Source: Macrostomum lignano (Eukaryota). From it: a stretch of 64,000 nt of DNA. The stretch covers positions 61,011 through 125,010 of the forward strand of contig NIVC01003656.1 in NCBI GenBank assembly GCA_002269645.1, given 5' to 3'. The notes beneath the pieces are model-generated. The model saw nothing but the letters and a program-made list of their open reading frames with translations. It was not told the DNA's origin and searched no databases. Made by a program: the position numbers and the translations under genes. Of this stretch, positions 39,246-49,665 are shown piece after piece (position 1 is the stretch's first letter; each line of letters starts with the position of its first letter).

Positions 39246-41459
39246 GGAATTGGGATTCTTAGCCTGGGATTCTTAGCCTTTGGGACTGGGATTCTTAGAC
39301 TTTGGGATTCCTAGCCTTTGGGATTCCTAGTCTTTTGGATTCTTAGCCTTTGGGATTCTTAGCCTTTGGGATTCCTAGCCTCCGGGATTCTTAGCCTTTG
39401 GGATTCTTAGCCTTTGGGATTCCTAGCCTCCGGGATTCTTAGCCTTTGGGATTCTTAGCCTTTGGGATTCCTAGCCTCCGGGATTCTTAGCCTTTGGGAT
39501 TCTTAGCCTTTGGGATTCTTAGCCTATGGGGTTCGTAGCCTTTGGGATTCTTAGCCTTTGGGATTCTTAGCCTATGGGGTTCGTAGCCTTTGGGATTCTT
39601 AGTCTGGGATTCTTAGCCTATGGGGTTCGTAGCCTTTGGGATTCTTAGTCTGGGATTCTTAGCCTTTGGGACTGGGATTCCTAGACTTTGGGATTCCTAG
39701 CCTTTGGGATTGGGATTCCTAGACTTTGGGATTCCTAGCCTTTGGGATTCTTAGCCTTTGGGATTCTTAGCCTCTGGGATTCTTAGCCTTTGGGATTCTT
39801 AGCCTCTGGGATTCTTAGTCTTTGGGATTCTTAGCCTCTGGGATTCTTAGCCTTTGGGATTCTTAGCCTCTGGGATTCTTAGCCTTTGGGATTCTTAGCC
39901 TCTGGGATTCTTAGCCTCTGGGATTCTTAGCCTTTGGGATTCTTAGCCTTTGGGATTCCTAGCCTTTGGGATTCCTAGCCTTTGGGATTCCTAGCCTTTG
40001 GGATTCTTAGCCTTTGGGATTCGTAGCTTTTGGGATTCTTAGTCTGGGATTCTTAGCCTTTGGGACTGGGATTCTTAGACTTTGGGATTCCTAGACTTTG
40101 GGATTCTTAGCCTTTGGGATTCTTAGCCTTTGGGATTCTTAGCCTTTGGGATTCTTAGCCTCTGGGATTCTTAGCCTTTGGGATTCTTAGCCTCTGGGAT
40201 TCTTAGCCTTTGGGATTCTTAGCCTCTGGGATTCTTAGCCTTTGGGATTCTTAGCCTCTGGGATTCTTAGCCTTTGGGATTCTTAGCCTCTGGGATTCTT
40301 AGCCTCTGGGATTCTTAGCCTTTGGGATTCTTAGCCTCTGGGATTCTTAGCCTTTGGGATTCGTAGCCTTTGGGATTCTTAGCCTCTGGGATTCTTAGCC
40401 ACTGGGATTCTTAGCCTTTGGGATTCTTAGCCTTTGGGATTCCTAGCCTTTGGAATTCTTAGCCTTTGGGATTCTTAGCCTTTGGGATTCTTAGCCTTTG
40501 GGATTCTTAGCCTCTGGGATTCTTAGTCTTTGGGATTCTTAGCCTTTGGGATAGGAATTCTTAGTCTTCGGGATTAGAATTCTTAGCCTTTGGGATAGGA
40601 ATTCTTAGTCTTCGGGATTAGAATTCTTAGCGTTTGGGATTCTTAGCCTCTGGGATTCTTAGCCTCTGGGATTCCTAGCCTTTGGGATTCTTAGCCTTTG
40701 GGATTATTAGCCTCTGGGATTCTTAGCCTTTGGGATTCGTAGCCTTTGGGATTCTTAGCCTCTGGGATTCTTAGCCACTGGGATTCTTAGCCTTTGGGAT
40801 TCTTAGCCTTTGGGATTCCTAGCCTTTGGAATTCTTAGCCTTTGGGATTCTTAGCCTTTGGGATTCTTAGCCTTTGGGATTCTTAGCCTCTGGGATTCTT
40901 AGCCTTTGGGATTCTTAGCCTCTGGGATTCTTAGCCTCTGGGATTCTTAGCCTTTGGGATTCTTAGCCTTTGGGATTCCTAGCCTTTGGGATTCCTAGCC
41001 TTTGGGATTCCTAGCCTTTGGGATTCTTAGCCTTTGGGATTCGTAGCTTTTGGGATTCTTAGTCTGGGATTCTTAGCCTTTGGGACTGGGATTCTTAGAC
41101 TTTGGGATTCCTAGACTTTGGGATTCTTAGCCTTTGGGATTCTTAGCCTCTGGGATTCTTAGCCTTTGGGATTCTTAGCCTTTGGGATTCTTAGCCTTTG
41201 GGATTCTTAGCCTCTGGGATTCTTAGCCTTTGGGATTCTTAGCCTTTGGGATTATTAGCCTCTGGGATTCTTAGCCTTTGGGATTCGTAGCCTTTGGGAT
41301 TCTTAGCCTCTGGGATTCTTAGCCACTGGGATTCTTAGCCTTTGGGATTCTTAGCCTTTGGGATTCCTAGCCTTTGGAATTCTTAGCCTTTGGGATTCTT
41401 AGCCTTTGGGATTCTTAGCCTTTGGGATTCTTAGCCTCTGGGATTGCGATTCTTAGCTG
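39246..41459. repeat. 16-bp minisatellite (GGGATTCTTAGCCTTT), ~2.2 kb
   Basis: 16-nt periodicity with duplicated variant blocks (e.g. ~39900-40130 vs ~40920-41150). Confidence 0.96.
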
Positions 41460-41883
41460 GATTCTGCGCTTTAGTGCGCCTTGAAAATCGAGATTCTAAA
41501 AAACACTGTAGAGTTGGACAGCTCAGCAGCCGAAGCACCCGGCCTGCGAATTCAAACCAAGAGACAACCAAAAACTGCCGGTAAAAGCGAGTTTAAAGAA
41601 AATGCAGCTTCTAATGCGATAAAAACAAGCATAATAAAATCAGCGGAGGAGAAAAACAACAGGCAGACACTTAAAACACTCTATTGACAAGCTTGGGAGT
41701 AAGGACTAATGAGGCAAAGCACAAACAATATCAATATTACAAGCGGAGCACAACCTTAATAAGATACGAGAAAATGCGCAACTGCAGCACCGCCATACCG
41801 GCTTCCGTCTGTAATACGGAGGAACAAGTATTCAAACAAAAAATAAACAAAACAAGCTTGAGTACAACTAACGAACTAACGAA

Positions 41884-42000
41884 GTAGGATGTCCTGATGC
41901 TGCTACTATCAGTAGGATTTCCTTACTATGCTACTATCAGTAGGATTTCCTTATTATGCTACTATCAGTAGGATGTCCTGATGATGCTACTATCAGTAGG
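41884..42000. repeat. 28-bp tandem repeat x4 directly after the Tudor stop codon
   Basis: GTAGGAT(G/T)TCCT...GCTACTATCA units at 41884, 41912, 41940 and 41968. Confidence 0.85.
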
Positions 42001-45000
42001 CTACTGAGGACGCTGCACAGCCAGACAGGGGGCCAGGCTGGCCAGGTGCGGCGGCAATACAAAGAGGCTCCAATTGCCAAAGTCGCGCAGCTGCACGGAG
42101 CAGCCGAGGTCGATCAGCAGCAGCTGCAGCGGCGCAGCGGCAGTCCAGTCGGTGATCAGGCGGACCCTGTAGGCCTCCAAAGCGAATCCGTTGCTGCGAA
42201 GACCCAACAGGCAGGTCCGGCCGGCCGGCTGTGGCCGGCTCAGCTGGACGCCAATGTTCAGCTGCAGCAGCTGCCTGGCCGCCTTGCGCAAGCTGGCAAA
42301 CTGCCGGCCAAACTCGTCCGCCCTCGGATGGATGAATTCGTCCGAGCCAGCCGGACAGACGAAACCGGACGACGTCGATGGATAGACTGGCGGCGGACGA
42401 GATTGAGCGGCCGAGCTGTTGGCCAGACGCAGCAGCTGCTGGCTGGTGTACACAGTGCGAGCCGGCCGGCTGATGGCCTGCAGAGCGGCCGGGTGGACGG
42501 CCACCCGGTGCAGCGGGCCGCTGCATGGCCGGCAGCTGCGGCGGAACCGGACAACCGGCGACACGGCCAGGCGGTACCGAGCCAGCGGCAGCCGGAACTC
42601 GCGGCCGGGTCGGCAGGCGAGAAGACAGGCCAGGCTGGCGGCCGCAGCCGTGGCGGCCGGGGCAGCGATTTCCGGCCGGACTCGGCGACAATCGCCAGCC
42701 GGAAGCAGGCGGACAATGCCGACATCCACAAGGAGGAGGCGCACCTGTCCGACTGGCTGGTCCGGCCTGCACGGCAGCACCTGGCCGCGGCGCCACGTCG
42801 CGGAACCAGCTGGATAGCGGACCACGCACAAGTCGCCGGGGCGCAGGGGGCAGAGCTCATCCACTGCTGCAGCCGGCAGGGCGAGATCGCTGGCTCGCAC
42901 AAACTGAACAGAGCTCCCCGACTTCGAATTTGGGTCACTGAGGCTAACAGAAGCGGGCTGGTTAACTTCTTCATCTCCGGCAAGTTCGCTTTCAGCTTCA
43001 CTTTTAGTCTCGAATTCAAACTTGGATTTGGCACTCGCGTTGAAGATTCTCCGCTGGCAGAGGCGCCAGTTCTTGGATATGTTCAGCTTCTTCAGCTTCG
43101 ACTTGATGATCTGTCTCAGATTTCTTTCGAAAGAGTCAAAAGACACTTCATCTGGACTATCATTGTCTCCATCAGTCCAGCCTTCATCGGCCGAGCCGAT
43201 TTCACAATTAGTCTCAGCTTCATCTTTAACTGAAGCTTCTTTACCATTGGTCTCGGCTGGGTCATCCTTCTTCATCAGAGCCTCCTGATCATCTCCAGCT
43301 TCCTCCGAACCCCGATCACTCTCTTCAGCAACAAGCTCTTCATCTTCTCCAGCAGTTTCTCTCGAGCTCTGAGCATTCTCGTTGGCATCTGACTCCTCAT
43401 AGTCTACAGCTTCCTCAGAAACCTGAGCACTCTCTTCAGCAACAAGCTCTTCATCTTCTCCAGCAGTTTCTCTCGAGCTCTGAGCATTCTCGTTGGCATC
43501 TGACTCCTCATAGTCTACAGCTTCCTCAGAAACCTGAGCACTCTCTTCAGCAACAAGCTCTTCATCTTCTCCAGCAGTTTCTCTCGAGCTCTGAGCATTC
43601 TCGTTGGCATCTGACTCCTCATAGTCTACAGCTCCTTCAGAAAACTGAGCACTCTCTTCAGCAACAAGCTCTTCATCTTCTCCAGCAGTTTCTCTCGAGC
43701 TCTGAGCATTCTCGTTGGCATCTGACTCCTCATAGTCTACAGCTTCCTCAGAAACCTGAGCACTCTCTTCAGCAAGAAGCTCTTCATCTTCTCCAGCAGT
43801 TTCTCTCGAGCTCTGAGCATTCTCGTTGGCATCTGACTCCTCATAGTCTACAGCTTCCTCAGAAACCTGAGCACTCTCTTCAGCAACAAGCTCTTCATCT
43901 TCTCCAGCAGTTTCTCTCGAGCTCTGAGCATTCTCGTTGGCATCTGACTCCTCATAGTCTACAGCTTCCTCAGAAACCTGAGCACTCTCTTCAGCACAAG
44001 CCTCCTCATCAACTATAGCTTCCCCCAAACTTTGAGCATTCTCTTCGGAACCAACTTCCTCAGCACCCAAACATTCATCGCTGAAATCTTTCGCCTGTCT
44101 TTCAACATTTTCTTCAGCACTGGCAGCTTCATCGTCTTCAGCCGCATTATTTCCAGATTCTTCTGCATCGGTCCCGGCTTTCTCTTCTCCTTCAGAGACG
44201 TTAATGGAAGCATGGCCATTCCTGTGCTTGTCAACTAATTCAGTCGTCTGCGTTTCAGCCCCGACTCGAGCTGGCTCACATTCTTCGTCGCTTTCTGCTC
44301 CGCACTCGTCAATTAAATCTCCTGTCGCCTCATCATCTATGTCTTCATCCGCATCTAATCGATCCGCCTCAGCTTCCTGCTCCGCATCGAACTGTTCCGC
44401 TTCCGCCTCATCCAAGGCGTCCAGCATTGCGTCTGCTTCTGCATCTTCCTCGCGCTCCAGTTCATCAAAGTCGGCCTCCTCTTGAGCTTCAACTTCGTCT
44501 ACTCTGGCTTCGTCTTCAGCTTCCGCTAGCATCGCGGACTCCTCTTCGGCCAAGTCGGCCAGGGCTTCCGTTTCAGCCTCGGCCAGCGCCAGCCGGGCCT
44601 CAAATTCGGCAGTCCGGGAGGCTTCGTCCTCGTCGACGGCCGCGGCCAGAGCCCAGCCAAGACGGTCGGCCGCTTCCGCCCGAGACGCCGGCAGCAGGCT
44701 GAGAAACAGGCGCGACACGCTGCCATCCGGCTGTCCGGTCCACTCCACGGCTTGCACCGCGGCGGCGAAACAATTTGGACCCTCCGGATACAGTCGGGCG
44801 TCGGGATCGGAGTCTGGCAGGTCGCCAGCCGGTACAGCGGTTGGCAGGTAGTCGGCAAACAGGCTAGAAACATCGCCGAAATCCGGCTCCTCTGCACTGT
44901 TCAGCCCGGCCTTGCTGCTGTTGGAGCAGCGCGGACCGGTGAGGGAGAGCAGCGGCAAGACCGGCTGAACACCGTCCGGCAGCAGAAAGAGCTCAACCAG

Positions 45001-46866
45001 CGGCGGCGCCGAATTACTCAAGCTAGACTCCTGGTCGAGGGTCGACAGCGCGAATGCCGGTCCGAGGCTGTTCAGCGGGGCAGCTGAACAGCGCTGGACA
45101 GCGCCGGCCAGGCAGCACTTGTAGGCCAGCGGAGGCGCCAGTTTGACCAGTTTAGCTGGCGCCGGCCGCATCAGAGACAGCGGAGCGGCCACGGTGAGGC
45201 CCAGATCGACTAGGCGGACCAGCCAATGGCGCTTGCTGATGAGACGCTGGCGCACAAGTCCGCGCGCCCAGGCGCCATCATGCCAGGCCAGACAGGGCGA
45301 ACCGTTGGCGTAATGGTCCCGGCCAATCGCTGGACAGTTGGTGCCGCAATCCGGAGCCGGAATTTTGGCCAAACACTCGGCCAGTTCAACGGCAGCACTG
45401 GCGTCTGCATCCAGCTGGACAGTCAGACGGGGCAGGCGGTCGGCGCGCAGCAGGCGACAGGCGGCCCGGCCGGAAACCCGATTTACTAGCGGAATCTGCC
45501 TGGCGTAGCCGCTCATTGAATCGGCGACGGAGGCGGCTGCGGCGACGGCGGCGGCAGAGGCGTCCGCGGAAGCGGCAACGGCGTTCGGCGGACGCCGCGG
45601 GCTGACCGCTGACAGGCGAACGCGCCACGGCGGCGGCTCAGCGGCGGAGGACGATGACAGCACGCGATGCACCAGCAAGTTCTGTCCGACTAGAGACGCC
45701 GGGTCGGGCTCGTCAACAGCCAGGCAAGGCACGGAGCTGGCGGGGGCGGTGTAGAACTCCGGACAGACTGAGCGGAGCGGCGGCGGGAAAATTTCCCCAA
45801 AAGGCGGGCGACTCCGAATGGTCCTACCGGAGTCCACGTGCGTCAGGGTGACCACGTCTGAGTCGCTTGAGGCCTGGAGTTTCACTAAGCAGCGCAGGTA
45901 GCCTTGAGACACTGGGTTTTGGCTGAGCGCCAGATGATGCCGGCAGACGCAAAGCTGGCCGGGAGCGAGGCGCCGCCTGAAGGCCTGCAGACTCGGCTCC
46001 AGGGCCGGCGGCACAGGGCCAGCGTAGGCAGCGGCCATCAGCTGTCCGAGCTTGGCCGAGTTGGTCAGGCCGTGCGGCAGCCGCAGACAGTAGCAGTTGT
46101 CAGATGACATGTACAGCCTGCAGGTGACGCCGTCGACATCAGGCCAGGGCACCGGGTCAGCATTCGACAGTCCAACGCGCTCGATGAGATCGACAGTGAC
46201 AGGCCAGCACTGCAGCAGGCTGAGCAGGTCGCAGCCGGTGTCCGCAATGCTGACGCCCTGCACGCTGTGCCGCGAAGATTCCAAACTGGCGTCGCCGCTA
46301 ACCCGGAAGCCGGTCAGCTTCAGCCGGACTCGCCGACTACCCAGCAGGGCGGCGGCCAGGTCGGGCGGGCAGGCCGGGATGGCCAGGCGGTAGGCGAGCC
46401 GCGGCACGCCGGCCAGCCAGTCGGGCAGGGGCAGCCAAGCGTCGGGATCGCGCCGCTTCAAGCCAGAGTCGACGCAGGAGGCGCCGCCGCCGCTGCAGCG
46501 AAAGAACCTGGCAACCACTGCGTCTGCATCAGCGTCGCGCCAGACTCCGCAGGCCAGGATGCCTGGCGGAGGCTGAGGCAAAGACTGTCGGTCAGTCGAC
46601 GCCGATTTGTCGACCAAGTCGCGCAGAATGTCGCCAACAAGATTGCGAGTGTCGGCGTCGGAGAGCAGCGCGACAAAACAGCTTCCGTTGGAGTCGATGT
46701 GAACAAGTTCGGCATCGGCGTCGATAGCGGCAGCGACGGCGGCTGCAGCCACCGTAGCTGGCAGGGTCGGGTGCGGCAGCGCTGACTGACAGGCTGATGA
46801 CAGCTGGGCGGCTCGCTTCTTGCCGCGACCACGCGTAGCCGACGAAATGGCGCCAGCGGTGGATGT
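42001..46866 (-). CDS. TDRD-like: Multi-Tudor-domain (extended Tudor/TDRD-like) protein, one ~4.9-kb exon; the ATG-containing 5' exon is not identified
   Basis: Four Tudor-like units: PGQLCVC...VTLTHVDSG, SPCLAWHDGAWARGLV...VRLVDLG...LAYKCCLAG, PGDLCVVRY...WRRGQV...LLVDVG, AGRTCLL...YRVRL...LLIDLG. The ORF-track start is TTG, preceded by a polypyrimidine tract and TGCAG acceptor at 46867. Confidence 0.8.
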   Translation of the reverse strand, partial: TSTAGAISSATRGRGKKRAAQLSSACQSALPHPTLPATVAAAAVAAAIDADAELVHIDSNGSCFVALLSDADTRNLVGDILRDLVDKSASTDRQSLPQPPPGILACGVWRDADADAVVARFFRCSGGGASCVDSGLKRRDPDAWLPLPDWLAGVPRLAYRLAIPACPPDLAAALLGSRRVRLKLTGFRVSGDASLESSRHSVQGVSIADTGCDLLSLLQCWPVTVDLIERVGLSNADPVPWPDVDGVTCRLYMSSDNCYCLRLPHGLTNSAKLGQLMAAAYAGPVPPALEPSLQAFRRRLAPGQLCVCRHHLALSQNPVSQGYLRCLVKLQASSDSDVVTLTHVDSGRTIRSRPPFGEIFPPPLRSVCPEFYTAPASSVPCLAVDEPDPASLVGQNLLVHRVLSSSSAAEPPPWRVRLSAVSPRRPPNAVAASADASAAAVAAAASVADSMSGYARQIPLVNRVSGRAACRLLRADRLPRLTVQLDADASAAVELAECLAKIPAPDCGTNCPAIGRDHYANGSPCLAWHDGAWARGLVRQRLISKRHWLVRLVDLGLTVAAPLSLMRPAPAKLVKLAPPLAYKCCLAGAVQRCSAAPLNSLGPAFALSTLDQESSLSNSAPPLVELFLLPDGVQPVLPLLSLTGPRCSNSSKAGLNSAEEPDFGDVSSLFADYLPTAVPAGDLPDSDPDARLYPEGPNCFAAAVQAVEWTGQPDGSVSRLFLSLLPASRAEAADRLGWALAAAVDEDEASRTAEFEARLALAEAETEALADLAEEESAMLAEAEDEARVDEVEAQEEADFDELEREEDAEADAMLDALDEAEAEQFDAEQEAEADRLDADEDIDDEATGDLIDECGAESDEECEPARVGAETQTTELVDKHRNGHASINVSEGEEKAGTDAEESGNNAAEDDEAASAEENVERQAKDFSDECLGAEEVGSEENAQSLGEAIVDEEACAEESAQVSEEAVDYEESDANENAQSSRETAGEDEELVAEESAQVSEEAVDYEESDANENAQSSRETAGEDEELLAEESAQVSEEAVDYEESDANENAQSSRETAGEDEELVAEESAQFSEGAVDYEESDANENAQSSRETAGEDEELVAEESAQVSEEAVDYEESDANENAQSSRETAGEDEELVAEESAQVSEEAVDYEESDANENAQSSRETAGEDEELVAEESDRGSEEAGDDQEALMKKDDPAETNGKEASVKDEAETNCEIGSADEGWTDGDNDSPDEVSFDSFERNLRQIIKSKLKKLNISKNWRLCQRRIFNASAKSKFEFETKSEAESELAGDEEVNQPASVSLSDPNSKSGSSVQFVRASDLALPAAAVDELCPLRPGDLCVVRYPAGSATWRRGQVLPCRPDQPVGQVRLLLVDVGIVRLLPAGDCRRVRPEIAAPAATAAAASLACLLACRPGREFRLPLARYRLAVSPVVRFRRSCRPCSGPLHRVAVHPAALQAISRPARTVYTSQQLLRLANSSAAQSRPPPVYPSTSSGFVCPAGSDEFIHPRADEFGRQFASLRKAARQLLQLNIGVQLSRPQPAGRTCLLGLRSNGFALEAYRVRLITDWTAAAPLQLLLIDLGCSVQLRDFGNWSLFVLPPHLASLAPCLAVQRPQ
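43327..43992 (-). repeat. Coding 111-bp (37-aa) acidic tandem repeat x6 inside the Tudor ORF
   Basis: EESAQVSEEAVDYEESDANENAQSSRETAGEDEELVA repeated six times with at most 2 aa changes. Confidence 0.95.
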
Positions 46867-47527
46867 CTGCAATCGTTAAATAAGGGGAAAAATATTTTCA
46901 GAATCAAATATAAAAAATTTGTGGCTCTTCAAATGCATTGCATTGCATACTTCAATTATTAATAAAACTCTTTATTATCGGCTGTGAGAATGAATCAACA
47001 AAAATGCAAGGTGTTTTTGCACCCCATACTACAGCCCAGACATTGCGTCTTGCAATATTTCTTTTATTTTTTACCCTGAACAAAAACTTTCTGGCCAACT
47101 AAAACTTGATAGCCTGATACTATGATTCTACTTTTCAAGAAAAAGAGAAAAAATCTTATTTAAGAGCTAAAAGACCAAAAAACAAATCAAAAGAAAGAGC
47201 TTTTTAAACAAATAGTTAATTGAAATCAAAGACTAAAAAAATTGTACACACCCTTTAGATATGCTTGTATAAATTCAATGTTATTCATTGTTATTCAATG
47301 CCAAGGAGATTACGTCACTGACTGATGGTTTGTTTTGTTGCTACAGTTGATATTGTTAAATTTAGCAAGAAGTCTAAATAAATTTGGGACACCAGAAGTA
47401 TGCAGGAATTTTCCATGAAAAAGGCTACTTTCCTGATTATCAGGCTATTTTTTAATATCAATATAAAGTATTCAATGCTTTTAAGTCAAGCATTTTTGTT
47501 GAAATTAATACTGATGCATCATGTCAA

Positions 47528-48313
47528 GGCTCATTCCATATAAGATGGACATATTTGGAAAATAGAAAAAAGTCAATATTTTTGCTTGCCATTGCCTTAT
47601 TAGCCTATTTTTTTACCAAATGTTTATATTGTGCAATATATACAATCTAAGAATAAAGGAATGGTAAAATGTTGGATTAGTATGTTATCAATTGGCAAAA
47701 AGTCATTTTTGTAAAAATTTGGACATTTTTCGAAGCAAAAGACATCATTAAGATTTTGTACCTTTTAAAAACAAATAGAAAGCTTTTGAAGGTTGAAACA
47801 AACTATAGATAAAAGTATAGTACTTGGATTATCAGATAAAAGCATTGGTGACCAAATAATCTATTATATTTTTAATGTTTTAGTACCTCAAAGTTACTGA
47901 ATTGACAGAAAAAAATATGTTACGACCATAATGTTACGACCATAAGGCTGCCTTTTCTTTTGTATCTTTGTTGCCTTTTGAGTTTATATATTCTAATAAA
48001 AGAGTATGATTTCTAAAGATGTTCTTAGTCAAATTTTAAAAATGTATTGCAAAATATCAAAAATGAAAAATGTTATAAGACTTTTACCTTTTAGTTTCTA
48101 TATGTCAAAAATCCTGTCGTTACGACCATAAGTGTTATTTAAGGTTTAATAGCATCTATACTAATGATGATATCTATATGAAACTCTATAAATATATTCT
48201 AGACAAAATAATCTTTCATTTAAAATATTGGTTTAGTATATTCTATTATTAGATTTCATTTTATAAGTAAAAATAACCTGTCATGTTATGACCATGCTTA
48301 TATGGAATGAGCC
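47528..48313 (+). mobile_element. Non-autonomous DNA transposon (MITE), copy 1, 786 bp, 17-bp TIR GGCTCATTCCATATAAG, 4-bp TSD TCAA
   Basis: TCAA|GGCTCATTCC...GGAATGAGCC|TCAA, with internal repeated GTTACGACCATA motifs. Confidence 0.9.
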
Positions 48314-49049
48314 TCAAACATAAAAGAAGCACTGTATAAAGCATAAAAGAAGCATCATGCCAATTTTTTTATGTTTAACATAAAAGATTTATTTGGGATT
48401 GTTATAATATTAAGTCTCAAGGGTACTACAATGCTATGACTATTGTTAAGGCTTACTGAGATGTTAAGCCTTAACTAAGGCTTACAAGAGAGAATTGAAA
48501 GATATCAAGGCTGATGGACAATGGAATTTGCTAAAATTATAAAGCTTATAGCAGGAATTGCTAAGATTTAAGGTTCATAGAGGATAGCTAAGATTTTAAG
48601 ACTTATAAAGAGAATTGTTAAGATGTCAAAAGTTAAAAGGGGGTTTTAAGATGTCAAGACTTATGGGCCAAGATAGAATTTTTGTAAAAAAATGTAATTG
48701 CATTCCATATACACTGACAAAAACTTGTGCATTTATGCGTATATTACTAGCAAACTTGTGCAACTCCAAAAGGTTTATGTGTGCAGAGCTTTAATTTGTT
48801 TAAAAAACTTGCATGAATTCATTTGAAAATGTTGAATATTGCACTTTTTAAAGTAAAACAAAGTTATCTCATTTAAAAGCAAAGCTACTGAGCATTATAT
48901 TAAATTAGAAGAATTATAAAATTTATTTTTAGGTATGAGGGTTACTTAGAAAGTCTGCAATTAAACGTGCATTATATCTTTTTTGATTCTACTTTGTCTC
49001 AAAACTTTATACCATAGATAAATATCACATTCTGAATGTTTTAAAGCAA

Positions 49050-49665
49050 GAGTGGTCTTGTTTAAGCCAGGCATTTCCTTCTTGCAGTGATTTTAGTTAC
49101 ACACTAATTTTTTCACTATGCTGAATAACAAAGAAGTAAAAAGCAGAGCATTATTTGGTTTTTTGTGAAAGCAAGGGAGGCGACAAGTGGAAATTCTTTG
49201 CAAGGTACAAGCAATGTATGGTGAATGTGCACTATCAAAAACCATGGTTAACAAGTAGGTCCAGCGCTTTGAAGACAGCTGGGAGACAGTTGATGTCTTG
49301 CCCTTTTAGACTTAATTATGCAAAGTTGATGGTCTATAACTTCTTGAGTAGGCTTCTATCAAGCTGCAAAGCTGTCATAAGTTACAATGTGGCTTGTAAG
49401 CTATCAAGACACTTTCACCAAGACAAGCGACTTCAGTTTGCTATGCCTACATTTCATAACTATGATCACACAGCTGGCTGCCAATTGAAGTCTGGTATCC
49501 ACACCACCAAAGGTACTGGATAAACTGATGGCAAGGCTATTGAACAATTCTAATCAAAGTTATGCTTAATAACAAAGCAAACTAAAATGATAAAGAGGAA
49601 TTGCCAGAACTTCCTAAACTTTGTCTGTAGTAACTGTAACCTTGCTCTTGTGTTCAAAATTAGTA
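49050..49665 (+). pseudogene. Decayed KDZ (Kyakuja-Dileera-Zisupton)-type transposase
   Basis: GLV*ARH ... GGDKWKF ... VISYNVACKL ... FAMPTFHNYDHTAGCQL...GTG*TDGKAIEQF*SKL matches the KDZ core as recalled (C.RH; GE..KY; YD..C.L; P.FH...H...CQ; G.GLTDGE..ER.WS.L), with in-frame stops. Confidence 0.72.

Noticed and set aside
39246-41459. TTAG/TTTGGG-containing array as an interstitial telomere
   Set aside because: The unit is a 16-mer with no tandem TTAGGG or TTAGG.
41956-43233. 425-aa + strand ORF antisense to the Tudor gene, and other GC-rich shadow ORFs over IDO, TTLL and INSM
   Set aside because: Expected antisense or alternate-frame openness in GC-rich coding DNA; no motifs.
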